From contig BLSG01000164.1 in assembly GCA_012862495.1 (NCBI GenBank), forward strand, positions 7,200-52,659: a DNA stretch of 45,460 nucleotides, given 5' to 3'. This document shows positions 10,594-20,294 of this stretch, piece after piece. Below the pieces are notes generated by a model. The model was given only the letters and a program-made list of their open reading frames with translations. It made no database searches and was not told the origin of the DNA. Every line of letters begins with the position of its first letter. Positions within the stretch are counted from its first letter, which is position 1. The DNA is from Thraustochytrium aureum. Lineage: Eukaryota. A program made the position numbers and the translations under genes.

Positions 10594-10833
10594 CTACGTG
10601 TTCTTGCGCGAGCCTTCGCCGCGGCTCTCGGACTGATGAAAGTCAAACACCGCGCTCTGAAAAGGAAGCGTCACGGCATCCATGCCGCGCTCGACTTTTC
10701 CAAACGTCTCGCCCAGCACGCTCACCTGCCCATTCAGCTTGTCAAGCACCTCCTTCATCTCGTGCACAGCTGTACAGAGTCCGCCGAGCGCCTGGACGTG
10801 CTCCTCGCGCGCGACTGCTTGCTCGCTCGACAT
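10594..10833 (-). CDS. Small 79-aa coiled-coil protein, possibly a DASH/Dam1-complex Dad4-like subunit
   Basis: MSSEQAVAREEHVQALGGLCTAVHEMKEVLDKLNGQVSVLGETFGKVERGMDAVTLPFQSAVFDFHQ. Length and ungapped hydrophobic spacing (L..L...V..M.E.L..LN..V..L......VE.............VFDF) resemble the fungal Dad4 pattern as I recall it. Not verified by search. Confidence 0.45.
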   Translation of the reverse strand: MSSEQAVAREEHVQALGGLCTAVHEMKEVLDKLNGQVSVLGETFGKVERGMDAVTLPFQSAVFDFHQSESRGEGSRKNT

Positions 10834-11484
10834 TCGTGGACGAGTAGGCGCCCCCGAGCACCTCGACGACCAGCCCTGGGCAGTTTGCGCGTCGTAGCCC
10901 TTGAGGCGCCCACCGCGCGCGCGCTCGCCAGGTTTTGCTCGTTCGCGCAGCGCTGCGCGCGTGGATTGGCAGATGTCGAATGGACGTTGAGTTGCTGTTG
11001 ATCTGGGTTGGTCGGGTCGCCGAAAAACCGATTGGGCGAGTTTTGTTTTCAATTTCGGTACGAAACCGAGGAAATAAGTAAGGAAATTCGCCCCGTGAGG
11101 TCCATCGGACAAGCGTTGATCACTCACTCTGCAGCCGCATCCGGCAGCGCACTGATCAGCCCCGTGGGCCAAGTGATCACTGATGCCGGTTGCGAATCAT
11201 GACTGCCTGTGGACCTCGTAGATCGGGGGTGGCGGGGGGGGATTCACACATGATTGGTAGTCCATGCACATGGTACGTACCGGTACACAATTCGCCCGCC
11301 CCTTCTCGGACGTGCAAATGTCCCCCTCCCCCCTTGCACCAAGACCCAAACGGGACAAGCAGTCTCGTCGGCCGCTGGAGAAGCGATCGAGAGGTATCCA
11401 GAGCCCAGCCAGACCCAGAACACCGCGGAGAGGCCTGCGCCAGAGCCCAGACACTGCACTACTCGCCGCCTGAGCAGCACCGGA

Positions 11485-13109
11485 ATGAGGACGGCTACGG
11501 CGGCCGCGTCAGCTGTGGCCAGCGGCTTCCTGGTCGTGGTCGCTGCAGCCCAAGGCTGCGAGCCAGGGACCTACTATGCGGGTGTCGACCTGGAGGGAAC
11601 GAGCGCCGAGCTGATACAGCGCCTGAACAGCCTCATTCGCGACCACACTGTCATACCCTACACGAGTGCATCCACGGACGTCTGGGACGCTCTGCGCGTC
11701 CTTGATCCAGGGTCCACCGCCGGAACCGTCAATCTGGTGTACGGCGCAATCGATGTTAACCAGGACCAGAATGTCGGCGGGTGGAACCGCGAGCACATCT
11801 GGCCAAAGTCCTACGGCGTTGGGGACGACGGCCCAGACTATAGTGACCTGCATCACCTGAGGCCCTCCGACGTCGAGGTGAACGCGGCACGCGGCAATCT
11901 TTTCTTCGACGACTGTCTTGCGAGCTGCACGACCCCGGCGCACCCCGAGGCTGAGGCAGGGTCGGCCAGGGACACGGTTCGCTTCATGCCACCGATTCAG
12001 GACCGCGGCGAAATCGCTCGCGCTATGTTTTACATGGCCGTGCGGTACGACGGCACAGAGCCGAAGACGAACAACCTCGTTCTCACCGACTGCCCAGTCA
12101 GCAGCAAATCACAGCTTGGCCTGTGGAGCACGCTTGTGAAGTGGCACACGGAAGACCCGGTGAGCGAGGCAGAGAGGACGCGCAATGGCCTGGTGTGCAG
12201 CCAGTTCCAGGGAAACCGCAACCCCTTTGTGGACCACCCGGTTCTCGTGGATCGTATCTTTGGAGCAGCCAACTACGTCGACACCGGGTGCGGTCAAACT
12301 CCGCCCCCGAGCGCGTCAGAGCAAACTCCGCCCCCGAGCGCGTCAGAGCAAACTCCACCCCCGAGCGCGTCTTCAGGAACAGTCACAGCTCTCGGACCGG
12401 GCGACATTGTGGTGGTCGGCGTCAACACGGGCGGGCTCAAGACGTTCGCCCTCCTTGTCACTCGCGATGTGCAGCTTGAGCCTGGCGTGCGCATCGCCTT
12501 GACGGACAACGCTTGGCTTGGCACCGGGTTCCGCTCGGGCGAGGGGCTGATTGTGGCTGGTCCGTCAACCTCCCAGCTTCGCGCGGGGCAGGTCCTCGTC
12601 GTCGACCCTGAGAACCTAAGCGACGGAGCAACGATGTCGGGGTCGTTCGCTCTTTCCACGCGGGGCGACTCGATCGTCCTGTTTGCAAGCAAGGACCCAT
12701 CCGCGGCTCTGCAGGACAAAGCAGCCAAAGCCTTTGTGACCGCCTTCACGAACGCCAACTCTGCGTGGGATGCGCCGTCTCCAGACATGACGACCTCCCA
12801 GTGTGCTTTGCCGCCTGGACTCGCTGAAGGCCTCAACGTGGTGAGTCTTGACCACGCGGACAATGTTGTCTACCGCGGCGTGAGCAAAGGGCGCGCGAGG
12901 TCTTGTTGCGATCCATCGCGAACAGTTCCAACTGGGCCGCCAGCGACACTGCGCCGTTCAACCTGACCACGCTTTCGTTTCAATTCGTGGCTCTTGACGA
13001 AGAGACGCCCGGTGGCTCGACGAACGGCGCCTCATGCCATGGTACTCTGGCGGGCACCGTGCTCGCTGCCGTTTGTGCCTTGGCGTTCGTCGGTGGCTTT
13101 GCGCACTAG
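11485..13109 (+). CDS. Secreted Endonuclease I (EndA/Bsn-type His-Me nuclease) with Pro/Ser/Thr linker, a C-terminal beta domain and a hydrophobic tail (frameshift at ~12890)
   Basis: Signal peptide MRTATAAASAVASGFLVVVAAAQG. Family motifs WNREHIWPKSYG, SDLHHLRPSD..VNAARGN, RGEIARAMFYMAVRY and QGNRNPFVDHP. One G restored at 12889-12891 joins ...GVSKGAREVLLRSIANSSNW to the tail LAGTVLAAVCALAFVGGFAH*. Confidence 0.92.
12295..12375 (+). repeat. Three 27-bp coding repeats (QTPPPSASE) forming the nuclease linker
   Basis: caaactccgcccccgagcgcgtcagag x2 plus a variant third copy. Confidence 0.95.
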
Positions 13110-13328
13110 AGTGAAGGAAGGTGCGCTGCGGGCCGTCGAAGGGGACTGACTGCCCAGCTCATCCTCAATATATTTTTTTTAAATGTTTCGCGTTTGCTTT
13201 GCCCGTTTGCTTTGCCTTTTGCTGCAGGCTAGCTCGTTTGCTTGCGGTTTGTTTTACTGCGCTTGGTCGACCCGGCGCGCATTGGGCCCCGCGCCAGCCG
13301 CCACGCCCACCACAACAACCACACTTGC

Positions 13329-13668
13329 CTACCTCGCCTCGTACTGCTGCAGCCGCTTGGTGCGCGGCTTGTACAAAATCCGGTNNNNNNNNNNNNNNNN
13401 NNNNNNNNNNNNNNNNNNNNNNNNNNNNNNNNNNNNNNNNNNNNNNNNNNNNNNNNNNNNNNNNNNNNNNNNNNNNNNNNNNNNNNNNNNNNNNNNNNNN
13501 NNNNNNNNNNNNNNNNNNNNNNNNNNNNNNNNNNNNNNNNNNNNNNNNNNNNNNNNNNNNNNNNNNNNNNNNNNNNNNNNNNNNNNNNNNNNNNNNNNNN
13601 NNNNNNNNNNNNNNNNNCGCGATCTGCGCCTTCACGTCCGCCTGCTTCTTCCTGTCCTCCTCGTCCAT
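13329..13668 (-). CDS. Small hypothetical protein spanning a gap
   Basis: MDEEDRKKQADVKAQIA before the gap and RILYKPRTKRLQQYEAR* after it, both with GC-rich third codon positions. The frame after the gap is uncertain. Confidence 0.45.
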
Positions 13669-13759
13669 CTGCTTCCAAGCAACGCCCCTTGGCCTGCGTG
13701 CCTGCCTGCCGAACGGGCCGTCCCCCAGCCCGGTGGCCTGCGAGCTGTCCTGCGTGCTC

Positions 13760-13834
13760 GATGGCCTGCCCGATGGCCTGCTCCCCGATGGCCTGCCCGA
13801 TGGCCTGCTGCCCGATGCCCTGCCCGATGCCCTG
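13760..13834. repeat. ~12-bp minisatellite (GATGGCCTGCCC variants)
   Basis: About 5-6 degenerate copies read directly. Confidence 0.85.
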
Positions 13835-14708
13835 CGCGCGCGCGTGCGTGCGTGGGTAGTGAGCGGCCTGCGAGCCTCTCCGCGGTCCCTTGCCTGGCGC
13901 GCGCCGGGTGCACTGGCGTTTGAGGTCTGGTGAACTGCCGAGGCGCTCGCCGTGATCGCTCTCGTGGTCAGCTGTCTGGCTGGCTGGCTGGCTGGCTGGC
14001 TGGTGTGTTGCCGAGAGGTGCGGGCCGGGCCTGACGCTGCCGTGCGCGACACGGACGAGAGCGAGCAAGGCTCCTCCACGAGGAGCCCAGTCGGTGCGTC
14101 CTGCGCAACGGGCTTGACGCGGCGACGGCGCGGCGAGGGGCCTGACGGGCGAGATGGCGCCGAGGTTCGTTCGGGGACCTGACGGGCGAGACGGTTCGCT
14201 TCGCCTGTTTCGGCAAGAGGCTGGGTGCGACCTTTTCGATCCGCGAATGACCGCCAACAACTTGTCACGGACGTTTCGCATCAGCATCGGAAGGCCATCT
14301 ACCTATCATTCGCCATCTTCAGACTTTTGGTCGTGAAGACTTTTGGTCGTGACTCCGGTCACCTCAACTGCACGTGCGGCCTCAGAGATCCCCCGTGTCA
14401 GGCACAGCCTAGGTACAGAAGCGGTCTTTCTCCGTCTTTACCCATCCACACCATGGAGCATCATTGGCAAGCTCGTCACAGATTCTTCGTGGCAGCTTGA
14501 TCGCCACCTGGCCACACTAGAAAAGGACTCTGCCCAGCATGGGCCGGAGCGGGTCGGCAGTCGTGCGGCGCCGCCCTCCGAGGCTTCTTTGCCAGCCCTC
14601 AAAGCGCCTGTTACCCGCGCCGCGTCCAACCCAACTTTGGTCACGATCCGAGCCTCCTTCCCGCCAGAAGTCGAGGTCCCATCGGCCGCGCCAGAGGCCA
14701 CGGCCGAG

Positions 14709-15260
14709 CTACATGGCCTGCTTCGCTGCGGTCCAGCGGTCCCGGCAAGCCGACCGGTCCAAGACCACCGTGTCATGCTTGCGATCCCCATGCGGCGACG
14801 CAGGCGCCGCTGGGGGCCAGGCGTCGTCCGGACTCGGGTTGCGCACCCATGTCCACCTTGCCACGGTGGCCGACTCGACGGTGACAAAGCCAAAGCCAAA
14901 GGTGTCCTCGCGGAACAGCGACCAGGCCGGCGCCGGGTCAAGCCAGTCTTTCGAAGGGCCCTCGCGGTTCCCGCCGTCGCCGATCGTGATGTGCACGATG
15001 CCGCAGGGTTGCTCCCGCCCCTGGTACACAGCACTCGTGCGCTCGTAGGCGTGAACATGGCCATTAAAGACGATGTCGACGCGGTACGCGAAGAGCAGCG
15101 GCTCAACAGCGAGGCGAAACCGCTCCGCCTCCAAGTGGTGGGCGACGTTGGAGCTCACGATGGGGGCGTGGAACTGCACCACAAGCCACGGCGTCTCGCG
15201 GCGGTCCACCTCGCTGAGCGTGCGCTCGAGCCACCGGAGCTGCGCTGACCTCGCCTCAAA
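14709..15260 (-). CDS. Purple acid phosphatase (plant-type metallophosphoesterase), C-terminal half; N-terminus in gap
   Basis: QLRWLERTLSEVDRRETPWLVVQFHAP (VxxH), VDIVFNGHVHAYER (GHxH), VHITIGDGGNREG, WSLFREDTFGFG and WTWVRN are standard PAP motifs. Confidence 0.92.
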   Translation of the reverse strand, partial: FEARSAQLRWLERTLSEVDRRETPWLVVQFHAPIVSSNVAHHLEAERFRLAVEPLLFAYRVDIVFNGHVHAYERTSAVYQGREQPCGIVHITIGDGGNREGPSKDWLDPAPAWSLFREDTFGFGFVTVESATVARWTWVRNPSPDDAWPPAAPASPHGDRKHDTVVLDRSACRDRWTAAKQAM

Positions 15261-15495
15261 NNNNNNNNNNNNNNNNNNNNNNNNNNNNNNNNNNNNNNNN
15301 NNNNNNNNNNNNNNNNNNNNNNNNNNNNNNNNNNNNNNNNNNNNNNNNNNNNNNNNNNNNNNNNNNNNNNNNNNNNNNNNNNNNNNNNNNNNNNNNNNNN
15401 NNNNNNNNNNNNNNNNNNNNNNNNNNNNNNNNNNNNNNNNNNNNNNNNNNNNNNNNNNNNNNNNNNNNNNNNNNNNNNNNNNNNNNNTCTGCGAG

Positions 15496-15648
15496 GACGG
15501 TCGCCGGGATGGACGCCGCGATGGACGCCGGGATGGACGCCGCGATGGACGCCGCGATGGACGCTGCGATGGACGCCGGGATGGACGCCGCGATGGACGC
15601 CGCGATGGATGCCAGGACGGACGCCGGGACGGACGCTGGGATGGACGC
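15496..15648. repeat. 12-bp tandem minisatellite (GATGGACGCCGC variants, ~12 copies)
   Basis: gatggacgccgc/gatggacgccgg repeated directly upstream of the quinone oxidoreductase. Confidence 0.95.
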
Positions 15649-15717
15649 GGTTTGGTCAGGCGCGCGGTTGAGGTTGAGGTTGGGGTTTTGGTTTGACGCG
15701 GTCCGGGAGCGCGGAGG

Positions 15718-16699
15718 ATGAGGGCCGTGCGGGCGGGAGTGGGGCTGACGCGGGTCGCGCGGGCTGGGCCGCCCGGCGCTGGCCGTGTCGTGGTGCGCGT
15801 GAGAGCGGCAGGGGTGAACAGGCCGGACGTGCTGCAAGACCGCGGACTGTACCCGGCGAGGCCCGGTGGTCACGGACGTGCTTGGGCTGGAGGTGGCCGG
15901 CGAGGTCGTCGAGGTGGGAAGCGGGACGGAGTGGAAGGTGGGCGACGAGGTCTGCGCGCTCGTGGCTGGCGGAGGGTATGCAGAGGAGTGCGTGGCGCTC
16001 GGGACGCACTGCCTGCCGGTGCCCTTTCGCGCGGATGGACCGGACGGCGCACTCGACCGGTGGGTAAGGGCTGCGGCTTTGCCGGAGACTGCGTTCACGG
16101 TTTGGAACAACCTCTTTTGGGCCGGACCTGAAACGCTGCGCGGGAAAAGCGTGCTCGTGCACGGCGGGTCGAGCGGGATCGGAACCACCGCGATTGTGCT
16201 TGCCAAGGCGTTCGGCGCCTCGCTGGTGCAGACGACGGCGGGGACGGACGCCAAAGTCCGATTTTGCATCGACTCGGTCGGCGCGGACGCGGCCTTCAAC
16301 TACCGCGACCCAGACTGGTGGGACAGGGCCGAGCGCGCCGACGTGGTGCTGGACATGGTGGGGGGCGACTACTTGCAGCGCAACTTGGGGCTCTTGCGCG
16401 ACCACGGGAGGCTCGTCATCATCGGGTTCCTGCAAAGCCCCGTGTCGGCCAAGGTCAACATGTCGCGCGTCCTCCTCAAGTCGCTCTGCATCACAGGCTC
16501 TGTGCTGCGCTCGGCCCCTGATGAGCACAAGACAGCGCTGCGCAACGCCGTGGCGCAACACGTGTGGCCGCGCATCGAAAGCGGCGCGTTGCCGCTTCCG
16601 TTCCTGAGCGCAACCTTTGGCCTCGACGAGTACCGCCAAGCGCACGAAATGATGGAAGCCTCGGGCCACATGGGTAAGATCGCTCTGACGATCGACTGA
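15718..16699 (+). CDS. NAD(P)H quinone oxidoreductase, PIG3/TP53I3 family (MDR); frameshift at ~15868
   Basis: VRVRAAGVNRPDVLQ.RGLYP.RPG joins (one extra base) to VTDVLGLEVAG...VCALVAGGGYAE...AAALPETAFTVWNNLF...VLVHGGSSGIGTTAI...DVVLDMVGGDYLQRN...AHEMMEASGHMGKIAL. Confidence 0.92.
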
Positions 16700-17010
16700 C
16701 TGTGTGAGCGAGCGGAGCGCATACCCAAAGCCTGGAGCTCTGCAGCCGTCACAGCACAACACCGCGCGCTGAACGAGTCCCGCGCGCGAAATCGCACTAT
16801 ATCCAAGTCGATGACCGACGAGGACCCGCCAAGTTGGTCAGCGCTCACCTCCGGCGGACGACGCGGCGCTTCGGGCCACAGGTTCGTTTCACAACTTAGT
16901 CGTCGTTGAGCCAAGTGTGGCGGGCGTCGTTGAGCCAAGTAGTGGAGCTCCAGGTGTGGCTCGTTGGATACGAAAAACTTAAGCTCGTCGCAGCTGTTCT
17001 ACTATTTGGC

Positions 17011-17925
17011 CTACAGCTTGACCGTCGCATCCGCGTTTTGCGGTTCGCTTTGGTCCGCCTCGCCATCTCCCCCCTCGCTCCGAAACGAGGTACCCGCTGG
17101 AAACTCGACGAGTCGCGAGCGGCGCTCTCCCGCCGCAGGGCTTTCCGCAGCCTTAATGTGAATTTTGAGTGACTCGAGGCCGACATCAGCATCGTCCGAG
17201 CTGGACATGGTCCGCCTGTTGCGCGACCTCGAACTGCCCAACGACTTTGGACTTCCCGGTGCGCTGAACTGTGTCATCAGCTCCACGTTGCTGGAATTGT
17301 GTTCGCTGCTGTGCGCTGTTGTGCCCATGGAGGTTACCTCGGTTGGATGGGGTGACCTTCTCTTGCGGCACGCAAGGGCCTTGGCGATCTTGAAGAGCAC
17401 GAACAGCAGCGTCAACAGGAAAAGCAGCGGCGCTGAGAGTCCAATCCACAGCGCCGCCCGGCTGGCCCAGAACGTGCCCGTCTCGCGCTGGCCGTCCCAG
17501 CCCGTTCGCGACAAGACGTAGAGGGCGGCGCTGCAGGCAGCCATTGGCAAAGCCACCAAGATAGCCACGACCGTCGGCCCAACCTTGCACGACGCGCCAT
17601 ACGGCCTGAGACGTAGGCCCAAGGGCATCAGGACGAGTGCAGGTACTGCCGCTCCGACGAAAACTGCGGCTGCCTCCGTCGCGCTTTTATGCGCGGCGGA
17701 GAAGGCGACGACAGTGGCATTGTCCGAGCCCAGTTCGAACCTCCCGGGCACTGTATGCAGCTCGCTCGGGTCCCGTATCGCTGCTACTGCTGCCTCAGCG
17801 CCCAGGAAGCCGGCAACGAAGAGCGCGATAAAGCCAAGGTACGCTCCGCAAGTGCTTAGGTTGGACCACGCTGCCCTGTCGAGGTCATCCTGCGAAATCT
17901 GCCGCCGAACTGGGCGCCCTTGCAT
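17011..17925 (-). CDS. Hypothetical 4-TM membrane protein with a disordered Ser-rich C-tail
   Basis: 304-aa open frame with four hydrophobic segments (YLGFIALFVAGFLG; VFVGAAVPALVLMPL; VVAILVALPMAACSAALYVL; ALWIGLSAPLLFLLTLLFVLF) followed by a basic stop-transfer (CRKRR). Confidence 0.7.
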   Translation of the reverse strand: MQGRPVRRQISQDDLDRAAWSNLSTCGAYLGFIALFVAGFLGAEAAVAAIRDPSELHTVPGRFELGSDNATVVAFSAAHKSATEAAAVFVGAAVPALVLMPLGLRLRPYGASCKVGPTVVAILVALPMAACSAALYVLSRTGWDGQRETGTFWASRAALWIGLSAPLLFLLTLLFVLFKIAKALACRKRRSPHPTEVTSMGTTAHSSEHNSSNVELMTQFSAPGSPKSLGSSRSRNRRTMSSSDDADVGLESLKIHIKAAESPAAGERRSRLVEFPAGTSFRSEGGDGEADQSEPQNADATVKL

Positions 17926-19187
17926 ACTCTCAGCGCCTCGCTGGGTCGCGCGCTCCGGCTCTGCGCTGGTCAGAGGTTGGCGCGAATCGGGCTCTGCCGC
18001 GCCGGCCTCTGTTGGAAGTAGACTCCAGAAATCTTGAGAAGAAAGGTGGATGGANNNNNNNNNNNNNNNNNNNNNNNNNNNNNNNNNNNNNNNNNNNNNN
18101 NNNNNNNNNNNNNNNNNNNNNNNNNNNNNNNNNNNNNNNNNNNNNNNNNNNNNNNNNNNNNNNNNNNNNNNNNNNNNNNNNNNNNNNNNNNNNNNNNNNN
18201 NNNNNNNNNNNNNNNNNNNNNNNNNNNNNNNNNNNNNNNNNNNNNNNNNNNNNNNNNNNNNNNNNNNNNNNNNNNNNNNNNNNNNNNNNNNNNNNNNNNN
18301 NNNNNNNNNNNNNNNNNNNNNNNNNNNNNNNNNNNNNNNNNNNNNNNNNNNNNNNNNNNNNNNNNNNNNNNNNNNNNNNNNNNNNNNNNNNNNNNNNNNN
18401 NNNNNNNNNAGACGCCTGTCTGAGGCAGACGCAGGATAAGATAAACTCGTCGTGCTGTCTGCCGGCAGAGGGCCTGCCTGCATGCCTGCCGGGCCTGCGT
18501 GACTGCCTCTGCCTGCCGGGGCCTTCTTTCAATTCGTCAAGGGCCAAGACAGTCCAGTGGTCGATCGATCGGGCAGCACGATCGTGAGAAGTATGTGAGG
18601 CGCAGGCGAGGGAGGTATGTCCTCAGCTGGTCGAGTCGAGGTGCGTCGCCGCCCGGCCTCCAGTCCGTTTCCCAATCTGCGGCTCCCTACTCGTACTCTG
18701 CATACCTCCACGCGACGCAGCCGGCGCCGCCGTGAGCACCACCCGCCCCGCCGCGTGTCGAACAGGCAGGGCAGCACGGTGCTGAACGCGAGGGTGCGGC
18801 GGATGGTGAATGGATGACAGAGTTGCATGAATGAGTGGCCCAAGGGTGACGCGCAGATCCCCCACTTTGTGGCCACGTGCTCGCTTGTCTTCGGCTTGTC
18901 TTCGCTTGTCGCTCACGGCCGAGAGCGTGGCGCCGAGGATGATACTCCTCTCAGCCAGCCGTCCGCCATTGGCGCGGCAGTGCCAAGTGTTGGCGGGCGT
19001 GTTCTTGTCGACCTCGAAAACGACGCGACTTGCGTCACGTGGGCCCCTCGCGGCCTCGACGTGGAGACCTGCCGGGCAGCCAATCGCGTCACATAGGTTC
19101 TCGTCGTCGTCGTCGTGGCGACAAACAATCGCGGGACGCGTTGTTGTTTGTTGATCATCAAGAGGCCGAGCAGATCTGCGCCGGACG

Positions 19188-20294
19188 ATGCCAAGAACGC
19201 GAAAAGGCGCCGCTGCGGGCCGTCGTCTTGCGGCCGAGCCAAAGGAAGATGCCCACACGGAGGCGATCGTGACGCTGGACCAAGCGCCAAGCGCCAAGCA
19301 ACCTCGCTCGAAGAAGGCAGCTGCACAACGCGGCGACAGCGAGGCGGGTGAAAAGGGCGCCGCCGGGCTTGGTCGCGCGAAGGAGCGCGCGCTGCAGGCC
19401 AAGGGGTTTGCCCTGGTCGCTGGGGTTGACGAGGCTGGGCGCGGGCCGTAAGTTTTGGGGGCGTGGAGCGGCCTCGGCACCTCGGCCCAGGCATACCTAA
19501 CGTGACGGCGTGCGCTCTCAGGCTCGCCGGCCCCGTCGTCGCCGCAGCCTGCATTATACCCGACCACGTCCACTTCGAGGGCGTCGACGACAGCAAGCGG
19601 GTCGACGAAAAGACTCGCGAGCGCCTCTTCGCCGAGATCACGGCTCACCCAGAGGTGGTGTACGCAATTTGCCGCGTGGAGAGCGAAGAGATCGATGAGA
19701 TCAACATCCTGCAGGCCTCCATGGCCGCCATGGAGCGGGCCGTAAAGATGCTGTCTGCAAAGCCCGACTTTGTGCTGGTCGACGGGCCGTACGTGCCAAA
19801 AAACCTCGGCGTTGAGAATGCCGAGGCCGTCGTCAAGGGGGACTCCAAGGTCTTTGCGATTGCCTGCGCTTCGGTGCTTGCCAAAGTTCACCGGGACCGC
19901 ATCATGGTCGAATTGCACGCCACTTACCCTGCCTACAATTTCGCCCAGCACAAGGGGTACCCGACTCTGGCGCACCGCACAGCACTCGTACAACTCGGCC
20001 CTTGCCCAGCCCATAGGCGCTCGTACGCGCCTGTGCGCCGTGCTATCGAGGCCCGAGCGTCGTCTGCAGACGAAACGGCGCAGAGCACGTCCGAGCCAGC
20101 CCCCCCCAAGGTCAAGAGGCGCAATCCAAGGGTTGATCCTTCGTCCAATTCCCGCAGCTCGAAGAGGCCTGCGTCGGAACCTCCCGCGCTTGGTCAAGCA
20201 GCCCGAGCCAAAACAAAGAGAGCGAATCGCGGTGAGTCGGTGCCTCGGCCCCGAGCAGCGCCGAAGAAGCGAGCTAGCCGTTCTGGCGAGGTGG
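19188..20294 (+). CDS. rnhB: Ribonuclease HII, bacterial type; two exons (19188-19447, 19522-gap)
   Basis: Splicing gives AGVDEAGRGP|LAGPVVAAA. Also present are GVDDSKR, EEIDEINILQASMAAM, VLVDG, VKGDSKVFAIACASVLAKVHRDRIM and NFAQHKGYPT.AH...LGPCPAHRRSY. Confidence 0.95.
19448..19521 (+). other. Spliceosomal GT-AG intron (74 nt)
   Basis: GTAAGT donor at 19448, CCTAAC branch-point-like motif near 19496-19501, CTCTCAG acceptor at 19521. Removal restores the conserved GRGPLAGP motif in frame. Confidence 0.93.

Noticed and set aside
15496..15648. CRISPR-like array
   Set aside because: Contiguous 12-bp units with no unique spacers, no cas genes, and a eukaryotic context.
3403..16699. Two MDR oxidoreductases plus a GST as a detoxification cluster
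   Set aside because: They belong to large families and different subfamilies and are separated by unrelated genes.
18411..19154. Several short ORFs between the 4-TM gene and RNase HII
   Set aside because: No recognisable motif or consistent frame on either strand. A frameshifted gene cannot be excluded.
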